A DNA stretch of 62,108 nucleotides, the filler included. It is 14 parts of 14 records of this genome, joined end to end, with 100 filler letters (N's around TTAATTAATTAA, not from the genome) between each part and the next. Parts side by side here need not be neighbours in the genome. Positions count along the whole stretch, not along the records: positions 59,050 to 62,108 come from SRR7504441_53852; 13 more parts are not named here. The stretch is one strand, 5' to 3'. Shown piece after piece: positions 59,805 to 62,108 of the stretch; the first letter of the stretch is position 1, and each line of letters begins with the position of its first letter. The notes beneath the pieces are model-generated. The model searched no databases, was not told the origin of the DNA, and was given only the letters and a program-made list of their open reading frames with translations. A program made the position numbers and the translations under genes.

Positions 59805-60460
59805 TCAGTCTATTGCCATTTGCTCCACGCCCGACTGCGCCCAAGCAGGTGGGCCTAGCCCTACTTGTGCCCCCATCCCCACCTGTCCGGCGATCTCAGC
59901 CGGGTCGCCGGGCCGGGGGCGTACTCTGGCGCCCTTGACCGCGGCCCGCTCCTCCTCGTTGCACCCGATGCAGAACACTCGATCGAACCTCATCTCGTAG
60001 CTGCCCGCCCGGTGATGGCCGGCGGGGCGCGAGCCGGACTTGGAGGTGGAGCAGAAGGAGCAGAACAGGTCCATGCACCGCTGGCACTGGACGGTGCACC
60101 CCTCGCACACCGGCTTCTCGCAGAAGGCGCACTTGTCGGTCTCGGCCGCTTTGGGTTGCAGGCACACCGCACACGGCAGGCAGCCCCTCCCACCGAAGCT
60201 GGGCTGAGAGACCTAGCCGGCCGGCTGGCGGCCGGTCGGGCCGGGCGAGCCACCATGTCCTCGGCGATGTTCATGACCACCTCACCGAACATGACCTTCT
60301 TCACGTTCCGAGCTGCCCCGGGCCTCCAGCCGCGCCCGGCCGGCTGCTCACCGAGCTGGGGCTGCGACGAGTCGAGCCGGTGGCATTTGGTCCGCCGAAC
60401 GGTCGTAGATCCGAACTGCTCGACCGGCCCGCCGAACGGGCTCCGTCGCTTGGTGATCAT
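59805..60460 (-). CDS. SIVA-like Cys-rich protein, multi-intron
   Basis: N-terminal KRRSPF and C-terminal CAVC..CAFCEKPVCEGC..CQRC..FCSFCST..Y..DRVFCIGC. Confidence 0.72.
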
Positions 60461-60581
60461 CCTATAGAGAGCTCGTGGAAGGCTCCCGCCGCGATTCAAG
60501 CAGGGCTGACAACGGATTCTAACGGCTTGAATTGAACTCGCTCCCAAACAGCGTCTCCACCTGCCTGTGTGTGTGGACTTG

Positions 60582-62003
60582 ATGGGCTACCTCGACGACC
60601 TCCGGGGCCGCAGCGGCCGGATGCCGGGGCCGACGCACGCCCCCCCGCCACCAGGACTCGGTCCGTCCCTGATCGGCGAGTGCACGCCTTCATACCAGCA
60701 CGCAATGGCCAGCGCTGTCGACGAGAGGGTTTCCCAGCAGCGCGCCACCCGGGCTGACGGCCTGGTGCAGCGGCGGCTGGATGCGGCGGCCAACGCCAGC
60801 CAGTGGGGGACGCTCACTTCGGGCTTCGAATCGAGGGTCGACATGGAGCACCAAAACCTCAGCCACCGCGACCTGGTGCCGGCTGCCCGCCGGCCCTGTG
60901 GCCAGCTCGGGGCAGACCGGCCGGATGCGGCTGGCGCACGAGCGGCAGATGATCGAGAACCAGATCCAGTACGAGCTCGAGCGCCGCCAGGCATCGCCGC
61001 TCGCCTGCCGCCCAGCCAGCCGCGGTCGCAGGCCCGGGCCCAGCCGCCGATGCACCGGCCACAGGGCGGCTTCGTGCCGGCCTCGGTGGGCCCCCAGGGG
61101 CGGGGGCCGGAGCGATCTGCGGGTGCAGGAGGGGCACGTGGAGTTCAGACGAGGCAGCTACCTCGACAGTCTGATCCGCAGCGCGCAGCGCCCGGTGCGC
61201 CGCTCCGACCCACCAGGCTGACTCTGCGGGCGCAGCTGGTCGGCGGGGAGCCGCCGGTGTCGCCGGAGAAGCCGGTCGTGCCGGCGGCTGCGTCAGAGGC
61301 GAAGCAGCAGGATGACGATGCGGTGACGATGGCGGAGATCCGAGCAAAGATTGAAATAGTAAAAGAGCACAGAATCAAGCAAGGCCTCTCAGCGGACGAA
61401 CCGGAAGACAAGGCGCCCCTGCCACCCGCCGAGGTGTACGACATTAAGTACGAGCCCAAAGTGGAGCCAGAGGCGTCTCCTGCCGCCATGGAGGCCGGTC
61501 TGCGAGAGGAGATCGCACGGCTCGAGGCCGAGCTTGCATCATCTCGCAAGCTGACTGAGGCCGTCTCTTCGCCGGCAGCAGAGCCAATCCCGGAGGCGCA
61601 GCCGGAGCCCGTGGTATCTCCTGCGGCCGCTGATAAGGTGGCGCTGCAGCCAGGCCCGGGTCAGTTGGCTGGCAGGATCAGGTCCCTTCAGTGGCGATAG
61701 TACCGGACAGTACGCCTGCTCGCATGGCCTCAGACAGGTGGCTTGCGGCTGTGGATGGCCCGAGCCATGGACAGGCATGAGCGACTGCTCCAGCTTCAGA
61801 GCAAAGTGAATAGGATCCTGCCAGCTGACGGCATCCCGGGCAAAAGCCTCTGTGACATGAACACCGACGAGCTCAAGGCCGTCACACAGCAAGCGCTCTC
61901 GTCTGCCGAAATCAACGACTTGATTGCCCCCGCCCGGTCAGCAAGTATCATGCAGCTCCGGGCCCAGCTCGAGCAACTCAAGGGCGAGGAGGCCACCAAC
62001 TGA
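60582..62003 (+). CDS. Hypothetical coiled-coil protein, multi-exon
   Basis: Several coding-like ORF segments linked by short introns; stop at 62003. Confidence 0.55.
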
Positions 62004-62023
62004 GCCGACGTCTGCTTGTGGCT

Positions 62024-62107
62024 CCTGTGTTGGTCCCCTGTGTTGGTCCCCTGTGTTGGTCCGTTGGTTCGTTGATAAATAAATCAACGAACCAACGGAC
62101 CAACACA
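62024..62107. repeat. 13-nt tandem repeat (ctgtgttggtccc x3) running into a perfect 25-bp inverted repeat
   Basis: Arms 62052-62076 and 62083-62107 are exact reverse complements around a 6-nt loop, aaataa. Confidence 0.9.
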
Positions 62108-62108
62108 A

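Overview
This is eukaryotic, GC-rich, gene-dense DNA, probably a protist metagenome- or single-cell-assembled genome (taxon not determinable from the sequence). It consists of 14 unlinked contigs joined by artificial N44-TTAATTAATTAA-N44 spacers. About 40 protein-coding genes are present, most broken by tiny spliceosomal introns (mostly 35-47 nt) that I traced by hand, so the ORF track is fragmented and partly misleading. Recognisable genes include HID1, homocysteine S-methyltransferase, YghU-type GST, DNAJB12/14, a P3A H+-ATPase, a VPS9-PH protein, senataxin/SEN1, a METTL21-like methyltransferase, a divergent actin, an inositol polyphosphate kinase, RPE, a RING-H2 ligase, GOT2, TIM8, an LRR protein, two PfkB kinases, RGP1, a GH27 alpha-galactosidase, AKR7, TrmH, CDK5RAP1 and SIVA. 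The most notable observations are: (1) one spliced gene fusing Agenet/Tudor and methyl-CpG-binding domains to a catalytically intact SGNH esterase; (2) an intronless UBL / pseudo-E2 (UBE2Q-like) / UFD1 / UBA / 2xUIM fusion; (3) an EF-hand exon inserted in HID1; (4) an unusual splicing code with about 40-nt introns, roughly 1 in 8 GC-AG, and a GCTGAG branch-like motif without a pyrimidine tract; (5) very short divergent promoters, and GTAC-rich, micro-duplicated 3' intergenic DNA. Domain calls come from motif recognition, not database searches.
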